Part shown: one piece after another, positions 31,214 through 40,494 of the stretch | How the letters are laid out: each line of letters starts with the position of its first letter | Numbering within the stretch: position 1 is the first letter of the stretch | IMG/VR virus record: IMGVR_UViG_3300042303_000041 | Span: 6,648-70,647 of that record | Length of the DNA: 64,000 bases | Reading direction: 5' to 3' (one strand) | Origin: a virus | Taxonomy: Duplodnaviria > Heunggongvirae > Uroviricota > Caudoviricetes | Translations under genes and position numbers: made by a program | The notes under the pieces: model-generated | What the model saw: the letters and a program-made list of their open reading frames with translations, nothing else | The model's database searches: none | What the model was told of the DNA's origin: nothing

Positions 31214-32223
31214 TTTTCTCCTAAGAGGTACTTGTTAGAGATGGCTTTGAATGACATGCCACCATTTACTTCCTTGAACACAATTCCTTCTCGTTCTTGC
31301 CTGTCATTTAACTTTGATGCACCTTCTGCCCATTGAAGAATTTGATCGACAGAACCAACACCAAGATCTTTATCAATCAGCAAAACTGGAACATGTTTCA
31401 GACCCAGTTGGTCAACATACCTGCGTCGTGCTGATGGTGTTACATACTCACCCATTTTGATATTGTAAATATCAAACACACGGAACTCTGGTTGAGACAA
31501 CTTGTAGATGTTACCTTGGATTCCTGGACCAATCAACTCACCTTGAATTGCAATATTATCCATATCCAATGTGCGTAGTTTTTCTTCAATACCATCATGA
31601 CGAGCAGTAGCCCAGAAAGAGTTACCTTCTGTTTCCTTCAGGTCAAGATTACGAGAGCAAACACCAAACACACCATCAATTAGGTATACAGTCATTGAAG
31701 AGCCTTCCAGCTTCTCAGTGAGTTCAAACTGAGTGCCAGCTTGTGCAGCAGCAAGGATTTCTCCAACAAGATTCTGCACACGTTCTTGGTCAGTCTTGGG
31801 AATCTGTGATGGAAAGTTACCCTTTGCCATACCAGCCAACTGAGCATTCATTGGCATTTCCCACTTGACGATATTCAGCAGTTCGGAAACATCGTCACCA
31901 TCAGCGAATGAATTGGTTTGTGGGATAGCAGAGTCTAGATTCAATAGCAAACCTTGTGACAGTTGACCACGCAACTTAACAGTACGCAGACGTTCACCTT
32001 TGATGCCTTCAAACTCTCTAGGCTCTTTACCTTTAGACAAGAATGGTGCCAACTCTGTAGGAATCCATGAGTCAATCTCGCAGTAGACTGCACGATCACC
32101 AACGTTGAACTCACCCTTCTTAACAACAACTTTCCATCCACCGATGGTTGCGCACTCGATGGCATCTGCACCCTCGATAGGATTCAGTGCATCAATCACA
32201 CGAATAGTAGCTAATTTACGCAT
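31210..32223 (-). CDS. RNA ligase, DRB0094/Rnl2 family
   Basis: N-terminal OB-like MRKLATIR...GGWKVVVKK; TEKLEGSS motif I; GELIGPGIQGN; REGIVFK; FKAISN. Confidence 0.92.
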   Translation of the reverse strand: MRKLATIRVIDALNPIEGADAIECATIGGWKVVVKKGEFNVGDRAVYCEIDSWIPTELAPFLSKGKEPREFEGIKGERLRTVKLRGQLSQGLLLNLDSAIPQTNSFADGDDVSELLNIVKWEMPMNAQLAGMAKGNFPSQIPKTDQERVQNLVGEILAAAQAGTQFELTEKLEGSSMTVYLIDGVFGVCSRNLDLKETEGNSFWATARHDGIEEKLRTLDMDNIAIQGELIGPGIQGNIYKLSQPEFRVFDIYNIKMGEYVTPSARRRYVDQLGLKHVPVLLIDKDLGVGSVDQILQWAEGASKLNDRQEREGIVFKEVNGGMSFKAISNKYLLGEK

Positions 32224-32575
32224 TTTAATTCCTTAATCACCACGAGACAAGTTACGTACTTCATCGTACGTCATGCCACCTACATCAATAAAGCCATAGT
32301 CAGACTCAGGTTCAGCATAGTCTTGTTGCCAAGTAACCACGTAACCTTCTTTCTCTAGCTCAGCAACTTTCTCATCCATCATTGCCATGCATTCATCTTC
32401 AGTTATGGAAGGATACGCAGCACGCAGACCAGAGTTTGACATAATGCAAAAGTTCTCGCCTTTGCGAGCAGTCATTTGTGTCCAGAATTGAAATTTAGCC
32501 ATTTGGTTTCTCCTAATCAATACAATGATTATACATCAGATCGGAATTAAAGTAAACACCCTACTGCTAGTAGGG

Positions 32576-32998
32576 TTATTCGTAAGTCCAGCCGAGAACT
32601 TGCATCATCTTGTGCTTGACTCTCATGTTGGGTATGCGGAGACGTTCAGTGGCAGTAAAGCCCATCATGGTAGCAATCTCAACCACAGCACCAGAGCGGC
32701 AGATACCAGCATGGCAGTGAACAACTACGTTCATGGAATTATCGAGAGCATGTTGCAACAAACGAACCAACTCGGCAGCTTGCTCATCACTAATTTTAAC
32801 GCAGTCCTCGAAACCATCGTCATCTTCAGCATCGAGAAATTCGAACTCGTGTACTTCTTTGAACATGTCAGCATGAGCAATCTTACCAAACTCAGTGGCA
32901 GGATCCTGGATGCGAATCAACATCGAATTCTTTCCAGCGTCCATGTGAAAACCAAGTTTCACATCTTGCTTGCTAACATTTTCAATCCACCTAATCAT
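32576..32998 (-). CDS. Dual-specificity/Tyr phosphatase-like protein
   Basis: VVHCHAGICRSG (CX5R). Confidence 0.85.
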   Translation of the reverse strand: MIRWIENVSKQDVKLGFHMDAGKNSMLIRIQDPATEFGKIAHADMFKEVHEFEFLDAEDDDGFEDCVKISDEQAAELVRLLQHALDNSMNVVVHCHAGICRSGAVVEIATMMGFTATERLRIPNMRVKHKMMQVLGWTYE

Positions 32999-32999
32999 A

Positions 33000-33598
33000 T
33001 CACCACCAGCTATTGTAATAAACGTCACGACCCTCAGCAAATGCTACACGAGCATCTGCAATAAATTTTTGGGTTGCTTCAATATCTTCAGGCTCTATCG
33101 TTTGAGCACCAAAGAAGAAACCACCACGTGGTTGCAAGTGTCCTTCGTTGACCGTATTCTCTAAGTCATCGATGTCATCTGGCGATAACAGGACAGGAAC
33201 GCAATTGAACTCACCATCAAAGCCATTGGCACGTGCAAGGTCTTCCATCCAACCATGCAGCGCATTGAACTTACGCCAGTATGCAAGATCATGGCGATCT
33301 GCATCTTCAGAAATAACAAACTGTTCGTTGCCATCATTTTTAGCAACAGAAAAAGCAAACATGTCTAAACCCATAATATATCTCCTTAAACTACACTCAA
33401 TTGAACATCAAACTGATGGCGCTTCATTTTACCATCATACAAAGCCACTGTCGTGCCGATGCCAAGATTCTTTCCCATCATATGCAGTGCATGATACAGT
33501 GCAGTATTCTGCAATGAGAAGTCACCACTTACTTGCTTTTTGATAGCAGCCCGAGTGGTGTAGTAAGAAACACCATTCACAATCACACGAATCTTCAT
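33000..33598 (-). other. Two hypothetical ORFs (33000-33374, 33386-33598)
   Basis: MGLDMFA...YWRKFNALHGWM conserved phage family. Confidence 0.6.
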
Positions 33599-33688
33599 AA
33601 CGAAATCTCCTAATCAATACAGTTATTATACACCAGATCGGAATAAAAGTAAACACTAAATGACAATGACCCTACACACGGTAGGGTC

Positions 33689-34054
33689 TTAGTACATGAT
33701 AGCAAAAGCAATTATTAAGTAAACGATTTGATGTGCCATCTGATCCAGCCCGAGATGGTTCCAGAACTTGGGATCTTGTATGTCTCTGCATCCATAATTC
33801 ATTTTTACATAATCAATATGATAGTGAGTAACAAAATCAAACAATGCCAATGCCATAGCAGTAATTGGATCTACAAAGAAAAGTAGAATAAAAAACGTGG
33901 CAATTGCATGTTCCGCAGAATGAAGAATACCCATCTTGTTTCCATAGATGGCTTTACCTGCCACCATATCATTTGTCTGCATGACAAAATCAACGTACCA
34001 ATGTTTAATCTGAAGTAAAAATAGAACTATCATCGCTATCCCCAATTGTATCAT
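33689..34054 (-). CDS. DUF3307-like membrane protein
   Basis: KHWYVDF...HSAEH...HYHID...GLDQMAH. Confidence 0.75.
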   Translation of the reverse strand: MIQLGIAMIVLFLLQIKHWYVDFVMQTNDMVAGKAIYGNKMGILHSAEHAIATFFILLFFVDPITAMALALFDFVTHYHIDYVKMNYGCRDIQDPKFWNHLGLDQMAHQIVYLIIAFAIMY

Positions 34055-34229
34055 CTACAGTAGAATCATCGGTCTCTTTCCATTTACCTATGGGACAAGA
34101 AACAAAAGCAACCTTGCATTTAAGATGTATTGCACATCCGCATTCTGTACATAAAAAATGCGAGTAGAGTTCACATCCTTTACAGATGGAAATTCTACTC
34201 GCATATTCTTGTTTTGTAACGAAATACAT
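34005..34229 (-). CDS. Small Cys-rich zinc-finger protein
   Basis: R..IC..C...C.ECGC...K....CPIGKW. Confidence 0.6.
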   Translation of the reverse strand: MYFVTKQEYASRISICKGCELYSHFLCTECGCAIHLKCKVAFVSCPIGKWKETDDSTVDDTIGDSDDSSIFTSD

Positions 34230-34241
34230 AAAATTAAAAAG

Positions 34242-34315
34242 TGGAGCGGGTAGGGAGAATCGAACTCCACTCAGCGCAGCTTGGAAGGCTGGCGTCTCAC
34301 CTTGAGCTTACCCGC
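34242..34315 (-). tRNA. tRNA-Gly(TCC)
   Basis: Cloverleaf, loop CTTCCAA, encoded CCA; late promoter TATAAATA at 34323-34330. Confidence 0.9.
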
Positions 34316-34520
34316 ATAAAGGTATTTATACCATAATTCAGTATATTCCCAAACGATTGTCAATTTTCGTCTGTAGGTATTAGTATGTTACGTCGAGCAT
34401 TACCTTGCAAGTCTAGTCTCGATCTGGCATACCTATCGTGGAACCTAAAACCCCAATAAAGACAGAAATATACTGAATTATGGTGACTGGTGATAACGCA
34501 CACCAGTCAATGCGAACCTA

Positions 34521-35957
34521 TTAAGCTAAGTCGTACTTTGGCACCATAAGTGCTTTCAACATGATTGCTTCTGGAGTGAACTTTTCAGTATCACCACCAA
34601 GCAATGCAACCATGATAGCTGGAGAGAATCCAGATACCAGTGCTACGCCACGAGTGTCGTACTTAACTGGCACATTGTCTGCTGCGTTCAAATTCCAGAA
34701 CACGATCTTTGGGATCTCGTATCCTGCTTCTTCGAACTTACGTGCAATCATTTGCATTGCGGAGTCGTCAAACTTTGCGCATTGGTCAAATTGCATATCA
34801 GACATGATCAACAACATTTCTGGCATTTCTTCTTGAGGAACACCACCCTTTACGGCAGTATCAAGAATCTTCTTCATGGCTTTCACCAAGTCAGTGTTCA
34901 TTCCCCAGTTAGAGTCAGACATCTGCTTGATCTTGTCAACGATGTTACCCTTCAAGTACAACAGTTCTGGTGCACCAGAGAAAGTCAGGAACGTATCCTT
35001 GAACTTACCCTTGTTCTTGTCAGCCATATACAATCCCAAAGAGACTGCAACGTCCAAACATGTAGTTTGGGACTTAGAGGTGCGACCACCTGCTGCGCAT
35101 GTCATAGAGCCAGAAACGTCAACCAATGGCAATACGTTAGCATCACCAATGAAGTTTTCCAAGGCATCCCATTGGGCTTGCAACGCACCCAACTCGGTAG
35201 AGTTGTAGCTCTTAGTGTAACCACCGATAGCACCCTTAAGCACATCGTATGGGAATACAGCACCAGCATTGATCTTCACGTTCATAGTGCGATCCTTTGG
35301 ATCCTTGATCAACTCAGCTACGTACTTTGCATACTCTGGAGTGTTACGGAAGAATGCCTTCTTGTAACGAGCAGCAGCCACAGATGGAACATGGGAGAAG
35401 TTGATTTCATCCCACTTTTGTGCACACATTTCTTGTTCAACAACCTTAGTCATTTCAACCAAGGACTTACGGTAGAACTTTGGAGACATGCCGAAAAACT
35501 TACGGATTTCAACAGCTACATCACCCTTACGTGGAGTCCACTTTGCAGCCAGACCATTCTTTTCACGCAATGCGTCACCAAGCATGCTATATGCTTGAGT
35601 CTTCAAAGCCTCAGTCTTGAAAACGAACACGTCGTCCCAACGACCCAACTCTGGAACTTTTGGCAACAGCTTTGCTGCCAACTCTGGACGATAAGTTTCC
35701 AAGTGCACCATGATTTGACGGAACAACTCACGTTCACCTGCACCACCACGTGCGTCACGCAGCCATAGAGCCAGACGCATTGCTACGTCTTCGTTCTCTA
35801 CTAGAGCGGCAGTAAATTCTTTGGTGATGTTCTTACCACGTGATGCGCCAGCTTTGAAGAACAAGTCAACGCAAGCTGATGCAGTGGATTTACGAGCAAC
35901 CATGCCATTCGCAGTGCGGGCAGATTGATTTTGGACAGCGGATACAAATGTGTTCAT
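34521..35957 (-). CDS. DUF2828 / Ro60(TROVE)-like RNA-binding protein with C-terminal vWA domain
   Basis: RDARGGAGER, GRWDD, LAAKWTPR, FSHVPS, VDVSGSM (MIDAS), SDMQFD, IVFWNL, VSGFSP; strong codon bias. Confidence 0.85.
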   Translation of the reverse strand: MNTFVSAVQNQSARTANGMVARKSTASACVDLFFKAGASRGKNITKEFTAALVENEDVAMRLALWLRDARGGAGERELFRQIMVHLETYRPELAAKLLPKVPELGRWDDVFVFKTEALKTQAYSMLGDALREKNGLAAKWTPRKGDVAVEIRKFFGMSPKFYRKSLVEMTKVVEQEMCAQKWDEINFSHVPSVAAARYKKAFFRNTPEYAKYVAELIKDPKDRTMNVKINAGAVFPYDVLKGAIGGYTKSYNSTELGALQAQWDALENFIGDANVLPLVDVSGSMTCAAGGRTSKSQTTCLDVAVSLGLYMADKNKGKFKDTFLTFSGAPELLYLKGNIVDKIKQMSDSNWGMNTDLVKAMKKILDTAVKGGVPQEEMPEMLLIMSDMQFDQCAKFDDSAMQMIARKFEEAGYEIPKIVFWNLNAADNVPVKYDTRGVALVSGFSPAIMVALLGGDTEKFTPEAIMLKALMVPKYDLA

Positions 35958-35997
35958 ATATTTCTTTCAAGTAACAGGAGAGGATTCTCCTAAAAAT

Positions 35998-36097
35998 AAC
36001 AGGCTAGTTTCCTACTTTTTGTTTAGGGTGAGAACTCGAAACTCACCATCTTATGATGCGGGTATTAATCCGCTAAGATTTTGCTGAACCTAACCTA
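35998..36097 (-). ncRNA. Y-RNA-like family copy A (5' leader of the Ro60-like gene)
   Basis: AGGUUAG-GUUCAGCAA...CUAGCCU-GUU directly after promoter 36108-36136. Confidence 0.75.
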
Positions 36098-36140
36098 ACG
36101 AACTTTTATTATACCTTAAGTAAGAATAAAAGTCAACAAC

Positions 36141-37292
36141 TTATGCTTCACACAGATAGTGCAACCGTGTTCTAGCTTTTCTAAATTCTTTATTCTCATG
36201 CAACCATTTTGGGTCTACCTTATCTATGTAAGATTTCCAATGATGTCTCCATACATCCTTCATTGCAAGCATTTCTGGTCTACATTCTAACCAGTAATCC
36301 TTTTGCTTTCCATCGAATTCTGGAACAGGCATGGGCTTAAAGGCTTGGAACTTTGCAAAGTTCCAGTCTGGATAAATCACACTTCTAATGAAATCTGAAG
36401 ATTCTTCAAACAGTTTCATATGAGCCAACAATTCAGTTTGTCTTTTCGCAGAATCTCTATAGGTACTAAGTATAAGATTTTTATTAAGATTCTTATTTAC
36501 CTTATACAATTGATATACTTTATATGCCTGCTCAACAACTATTTGCGGCATGTCAGGTGACCAATAAAAATACTCTGTACCTTCTGGATTCTCTGGTCTA
36601 GGTGGACATGTTGCTGTAGCCTGATCTACAAAATAGAAAAAGCATTTAGTGCCAGCAACCAATATCGTTGGTTTATCAACTCCGTAGATAGAACCAACAC
36701 GCATTCCTTTATCAACCAATAACGTTTCGGTTTCGCTGCCGTAATGTCCTCTCAACAGATTTGTCATGAAGTTATCATTAACAGTTCTTTGGAACAAGTC
36801 GTCAGTAAAGTAACCTTCATTGAGATTATCTAACCAATCACCAACCTCAATCTTAATCTCTGGATGGGCTTGAGCTAACCACTCAAGATCTTTCTTCAAT
36901 GTAAAATCCCATTCGCTGGCAAAGTTAAAAGCAGATCTATCATTAGCATTGGGAGTATAAAATCCCTTATCCATAGCAGCCTTTGGCCATTTGACAAAGA
37001 CATGATCTAGTTTAATATTATTTTCTAAAAAGGTATGCAGTACAGTCCAGCTGTCACTACCACCACTATAATTTAATATTAAATAGTCATATTTGTCTCT
37101 AAGCTGCAAGGCACGTTGTTTATATAACTCTTTTAAGTCTGCTTTTCCAGTAGGCTTAACCTTGCTGAAAATATCATCATGAAAATTCCATGTCATTGGA
37201 ATGTTTAATTCTGTGGCTCTAATTGCTGCCATAGTTTTGCTGGTAAATCTCTCGTCACCAACTACATAATATCCGCCGTAGTAATTTTGCAT
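36141..37292 (-). CDS. PP-loop (adenine nucleotide alpha-hydrolase-like) protein
   Basis: LNYSGGSDS; GVDKP. Confidence 0.65.
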   Translation of the reverse strand: MQNYYGGYYVVGDERFTSKTMAAIRATELNIPMTWNFHDDIFSKVKPTGKADLKELYKQRALQLRDKYDYLILNYSGGSDSWTVLHTFLENNIKLDHVFVKWPKAAMDKGFYTPNANDRSAFNFASEWDFTLKKDLEWLAQAHPEIKIEVGDWLDNLNEGYFTDDLFQRTVNDNFMTNLLRGHYGSETETLLVDKGMRVGSIYGVDKPTILVAGTKCFFYFVDQATATCPPRPENPEGTEYFYWSPDMPQIVVEQAYKVYQLYKVNKNLNKNLILSTYRDSAKRQTELLAHMKLFEESSDFIRSVIYPDWNFAKFQAFKPMPVPEFDGKQKDYWLECRPEMLAMKDVWRHHWKSYIDKVDPKWLHENKEFRKARTRLHYLCEA

Positions 37293-37293
37293 A

Positions 37294-38196
37294 TCACTTC
37301 TTTTGTAATCTACCAACACTGGCTTTAATTGTCTTTTCTAAACTTAGAATTCCAAAAGCAGAAGCAACAGTATTTTCTAGCAGAAAATCGTTTTGTACCT
37401 GTGGATCATTTAAATATTCCTGCATAAAACCACTCCACCATTTGACAGCTTCTACGTTAGTACCATTAGAAACAACTAACGCAAACCCATCAAAGTGTTG
37501 CCATGTAGGATATTTTTGTTCGATGTTAAACGCATTAATACCCTTTGGCTTTTCCTTTGCAGCAATTGCAAGTGAGTTAACTTTACCAGAAGCAATATGG
37601 TTTTTAGCAACACTGTAAGGAACAACACCTACATCAATATGACCTGCTACAAGATCATTAATAACTGGTGCACCACCTTTGTATGGCACCAATAGTGCTT
37701 CGTGTTTTGTTTTAGTGAATTCTACAAATTGTTCTAAAACTAATTTTTGTGCAGGTGCCCCATGCCCTAAAGATATCTTATCGCCATTTTTAATTGCTCG
37801 TTCTAAATCATCAACAGTAGTTAAATTACTTTTAACACTAGAAAGTATACTGGTGATGTTATCGCGAATAGCTGTTATCGGTAAAACATCTGTACCTCGA
37901 ACTCTATTCTCTGCAATAACTGCAGCAGTAGTTACTGAAACAGCGTATCCATCTTTTGGCGAGTTATTCAATTCATTGATTGATACAATACCTTCACCTC
38001 CTGGTTTATAAACGCCTACCATTACAATACCTTTATTGGCAGCATACTTTTGTAAATGCCTAAAAGTTTGATCGACGCCTCCACCTGGAGAAAATGGCAT
38101 TATAACTTGAATGGATTTAGATTTAGGATCAAATGCATTGGCAGACAGAGCCAAGCATAAAACAAATGAAGATAAAACAACTTTTACAATATTCAT
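37294..38196 (-). CDS. Tripartite tricarboxylate transporter substrate-binding protein (Bug/TctC)
   Basis: Signal peptide, MPFSPGGGVD, YKPGGEG, PKDGY, VPYKGGAP, LVAGHID. Confidence 0.88.
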   Translation of the reverse strand: MNIVKVVLSSFVLCLALSANAFDPKSKSIQVIMPFSPGGGVDQTFRHLQKYAANKGIVMVGVYKPGGEGIVSINELNNSPKDGYAVSVTTAAVIAENRVRGTDVLPITAIRDNITSILSSVKSNLTTVDDLERAIKNGDKISLGHGAPAQKLVLEQFVEFTKTKHEALLVPYKGGAPVINDLVAGHIDVGVVPYSVAKNHIASGKVNSLAIAAKEKPKGINAFNIEQKYPTWQHFDGFALVVSNGTNVEAVKWWSGFMQEYLNDPQVQNDFLLENTVASAFGILSLEKTIKASVGRLQKK

Positions 38197-38214
38197 TATA
38201 TACCTTTATAAAAT

Positions 38215-38425
38215 ATCGGGATGATCGGGACGTTTATCGGTTTACTTGGAACCACGCTCTTTTAAAACCCAGCGTAAATCAGATGGTCTACCATCATTGT
38301 TCTGTCTTTCCAGAGTCATTATTTTGTTTCAGCTTCATTGCCCAGCCACGTAATTACACCTTACGGTGGTCCTCCTTTAGTGGCACTCTTTAGTAAGTTC
38401 TTTTAAACTTGCTGAAGTCATCCCA
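38215..38425 (-). ncRNA. Y-RNA-like family copy G (about 210 nt)
   Basis: GGGAUGA-CUUCAGCAA...UCAUCCC-GAU, starting just after TTGACT/TATAAT promoter 38437-38465. Confidence 0.7.
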
Positions 38426-38437
38426 TTTCTAACACTA

Positions 38438-38662
38438 TTATAGCAGATTCTTAAAGAAAGTCAAACATTTTTTATATGTTCTTACAAAGATGTTTGGTGG
38501 ACCACCAAACCAGTATCCAGCTTGAATCCAAGCACTAAGAGCAGCTTGACTAAATTCAACTTGAATATAATCACCGTCATCTCTTAGAATACGAGGTTCA
38601 ACCCCATACTGTCTCATAAGATTTTCATACGCTTGTTTATCTTTAAGTTTGATCCACCACAT
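38438..38662 (-). CDS. Hypothetical protein
   Basis: ORF track. Confidence 0.5.
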   Translation of the reverse strand: MWWIKLKDKQAYENLMRQYGVEPRILRDDGDYIQVEFSQAALSAWIQAGYWFGGPPNIFVRTYKKCLTFFKNLL

Positions 38663-38671
38663 ATATTATCC

Positions 38672-39154
38672 TTAAGCAGCTTTACGTTCAGACAGAATGT
38701 GTTTCATTCTATCAGCACAGTATGATGCAGCGAATGCGTTTGGCTTAACCATTGGCACTACGTTACACATACCACGAATGTAGCCAGTTGCTTCGTTGAT
38801 AACACAAGAGCTACCGTGCATTTCGTTTGGGTTAATGTCCAAGTGAACTTCAACAATCCTATCTTCTAGCACATCATGCAACTTGTTGTACAACTCTGCA
38901 ATTTTGTATACTTCATTCATCAAACGCATACGTGGTCTGTTTTTCTTTTGATCCCAGTCACGTTCACGTTGCACTTCACCGAAAATCTTACAACCGTGTT
39001 TACCATCAATGTGAACAACAATTGCAAGTGTGTAATCTGCGTACCAATCATTTCCAATATTAAATCGTTCAGAGTCTCCACCAATGTAGATCTTTGTCTC
39101 TGGACTTTGGCTTTCAATGAATGCTTTAACTTCATCTATATCGATTTTACGCAT
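38672..39154 (-). CDS. RNase H-like YkuK-family protein (start revised)
   Basis: IYIGGDS...RLMNEV...VHLDIN...AFAASYCAD; the ORF-track extension overlaps a tRNA. Confidence 0.8.
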   Translation of the reverse strand: MRKIDIDEVKAFIESQSPETKIYIGGDSERFNIGNDWYADYTLAIVVHIDGKHGCKIFGEVQRERDWDQKKNRPRMRLMNEVYKIAELYNKLHDVLEDRIVEVHLDINPNEMHGSSCVINEATGYIRGMCNVVPMVKPNAFAASYCADRMKHILSERKAA

Positions 39155-39185
39155 GATTACACCTTTTACTTCTCCATTAAAAACT

Positions 39186-39261
39186 TGGAGCGGGTAAGGA
39201 GGCTCGAACTCCTGACATCTTCCTTGGCAAGGAAGTGCTCTACCAACTGAGCTACACCCGC
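39186..39261 (-). tRNA. tRNA-Gly(GCC)
   Basis: Cloverleaf plus CCA. Confidence 0.95.
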
Positions 39262-39267
39262 ATAACT

Positions 39268-39342
39268 TGGCATCCCCCCAAGGACTCGAACCCTGACCTA
39301 ACGGATTTGGAATCCGTGATGCTGCCATTACACCAGAGAGAT
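39268..39342 (-). tRNA. tRNA-Trp(CCA)
   Basis: Cloverleaf, loop TTCCAAA. Confidence 0.9.
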
Positions 39343-39345
39343 ATT

Positions 39346-39522
39346 TTACTTTTTACTTAACACTTCTTGAGTCTCTTGATTATTTCTAGTAACCTTTTCT
39401 TCAGACTCATCTTTTTTGAGATCGCGACTAAAGATATAATCCCAACGCTTCTCATATTCATCCTGATTAATACTAAATGGTCTAGGAGATGAACCTTTAC
39501 CACCGTCACTCATCTTACTCAT
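39346..39522 (-). CDS. Hypothetical 58-aa protein
   Basis: Manual: MSKMSDGGKGSSPRPFSINQDEYEKRWDYIF... Confidence 0.6.
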   Translation of the reverse strand: MSKMSDGGKGSSPRPFSINQDEYEKRWDYIFSRDLKKDESEEKVTRNNQETQEVLSKK

Positions 39523-39649
39523 ACAATCTACCTTTAATATCTTTTTGTTGAGCTTTACGTTCTGTTTTCCAAAAGAAACGTTTGAAGTCTTTCAAATGTT
39601 TCCACCATTGCGGAGACTTAGTCAAATTACCTTGCTTAACATTAGCCAT
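39515..39649 (-). CDS. Hypothetical basic 44-aa protein
   Basis: AGGAG SD; MANVKQGNLTKSPQWWKHLKDFKRFFWKTERK... Confidence 0.6.
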   Translation of the reverse strand: MANVKQGNLTKSPQWWKHLKDFKRFFWKTERKAQQKDIKGRLYE

Positions 39650-39667
39650 AATACTCTCCTAAAACTT

Positions 39668-39742
39668 TGGTGCTGATGGCGAGATTTGAACTCACGACCT
39701 CTTCCTTACCAAGGAAGTACACTACCACTGTGTTACATCAGC
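39668..39742 (-). tRNA. tRNA-Thr(GGT)
   Basis: Cloverleaf plus CCA. Confidence 0.92.
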
Positions 39743-39753
39743 TTTCTTAAAAT

Positions 39754-39829
39754 TGGCTCCCCAGCGTGGGATCGAACCACGGACACCTTGATTAACAGTC
39801 AAGTGCAACTACCGCTGTGCTACTAGGGA
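39754..39829 (-). tRNA. tRNA-Asn(GTT)
   Basis: Cloverleaf plus CCA. Confidence 0.93.
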
Positions 39830-39838
39830 ATAAAACTA

Positions 39839-39922
39839 TGGTGCCCCAAGAGAGACTCGAACTCTCACGCCTTTCGGCACTGGCTTCTAAGACCAGCGTG
39901 TCTACCATTCCACCATCGGGGC
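39839..39922 (-). tRNA. tRNA-Leu(TAG)
   Basis: Class II cloverleaf plus CCA. Confidence 0.93.
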
Positions 39923-39943
39923 AAATACATACTACTTATAACT

Positions 39944-40017
39944 TGGTCTCGATGGCAAGAATCGAACTTGCGCTACATGCTCCCAAAGCACGGGTGATAC
40001 CATTTCACTACATCGAG
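39944..40017 (-). tRNA. tRNA-Pro(TGG)
   Basis: Loop TTTGGGA. Confidence 0.92.
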
Positions 40018-40028
40018 ATAAAAACTTT

Positions 40029-40103
40029 TGGTGGTGATGGTTGGATTTGAACCAACGACCATCTCCGTATGAAGGAGGTGCACTACCACTGTGCTACATC
40101 ACC
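40029..40103 (-). tRNA. tRNA-CAT (Met or Ile2)
   Basis: Loop TTCATAC. Confidence 0.85.
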
Positions 40104-40185
40104 ATTTATAAACACATTTAAACTTTCCTTCAGCGTTTAGTCGCTATCTCCCTTACTAATCGGGCGTAGAGTATGTGCTTATAGA

Positions 40186-40259
40186 TGGTGCCCCTTGACA
40201 GAATCGAACTGCCGTAACCTGATTACAAAACAGGTGTAATACCATTATACTAAAAGGGC
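40186..40259 (-). tRNA. tRNA-Thr(TGT)
   Basis: Loop TTTGTAA. Confidence 0.88.
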
Positions 40260-40266
40260 ATAAAAT

Positions 40267-40329
40267 AACAGGTTAACACTAGTTTAAAGTCCTAGCAGAC
40301 AGCCTTTTTATATTGCTGAACTTAACCTA
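40267..40329 (-). ncRNA. Y-RNA-like family copy B
   Basis: AGGUUAA-GUUCAGCAA...UUAACCU-GUU. Confidence 0.75.
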
Positions 40330-40333
40330 AAAC

Positions 40334-40403
40334 TGGTTGCGGGTGTAGGATTCGAACCTACTAGGTAGAGCTTATGAGACTTACCGATACCCTGAATACC
40401 CGC
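40334..40403 (-). tRNA. tRNA-CAT with truncated D-arm (70 nt)
   Basis: Acceptor and T arms intact, loop CTCATAA, D-arm degenerate. Confidence 0.6.
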
Positions 40404-40410
40404 AATAACT

Positions 40411-40485
40411 TGGTACCTCGTGACAGTTTCGAACTGCCGACCTTCGCCGTGTAAAAGCACTGCTCTACCACTGAGCTAACGAGGC
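40411..40485 (-). tRNA. tRNA-Val(TAC)
   Basis: Loop TTTACAC. Confidence 0.85.
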
Positions 40486-40494
40486 ATAATAAAC

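Noticed and set aside
25150-33690. Possible CRISPR array from recurring GAATTAAAGTAAA repeats
   Set aside because: Spacing is hundreds to thousands of bp, the repeats contain -35/-10 boxes, and there are no cas genes; these are promoters
34752-35768. 338-aa plus-strand ORF
   Set aside because: Antisense shadow of the DUF2828 gene
39155-39328. N-terminal extension of ORF 38672-39328
   Set aside because: Overlaps tRNA-Gly and tRNA-Trp; the SD-led start is at 39154
40290-40300. UUA (ochre-suppressor) anticodon implying stop-codon recoding
   Set aside because: Not a full tRNA; core genes translate cleanly in code 11 with TAA/TAG/TGA stops
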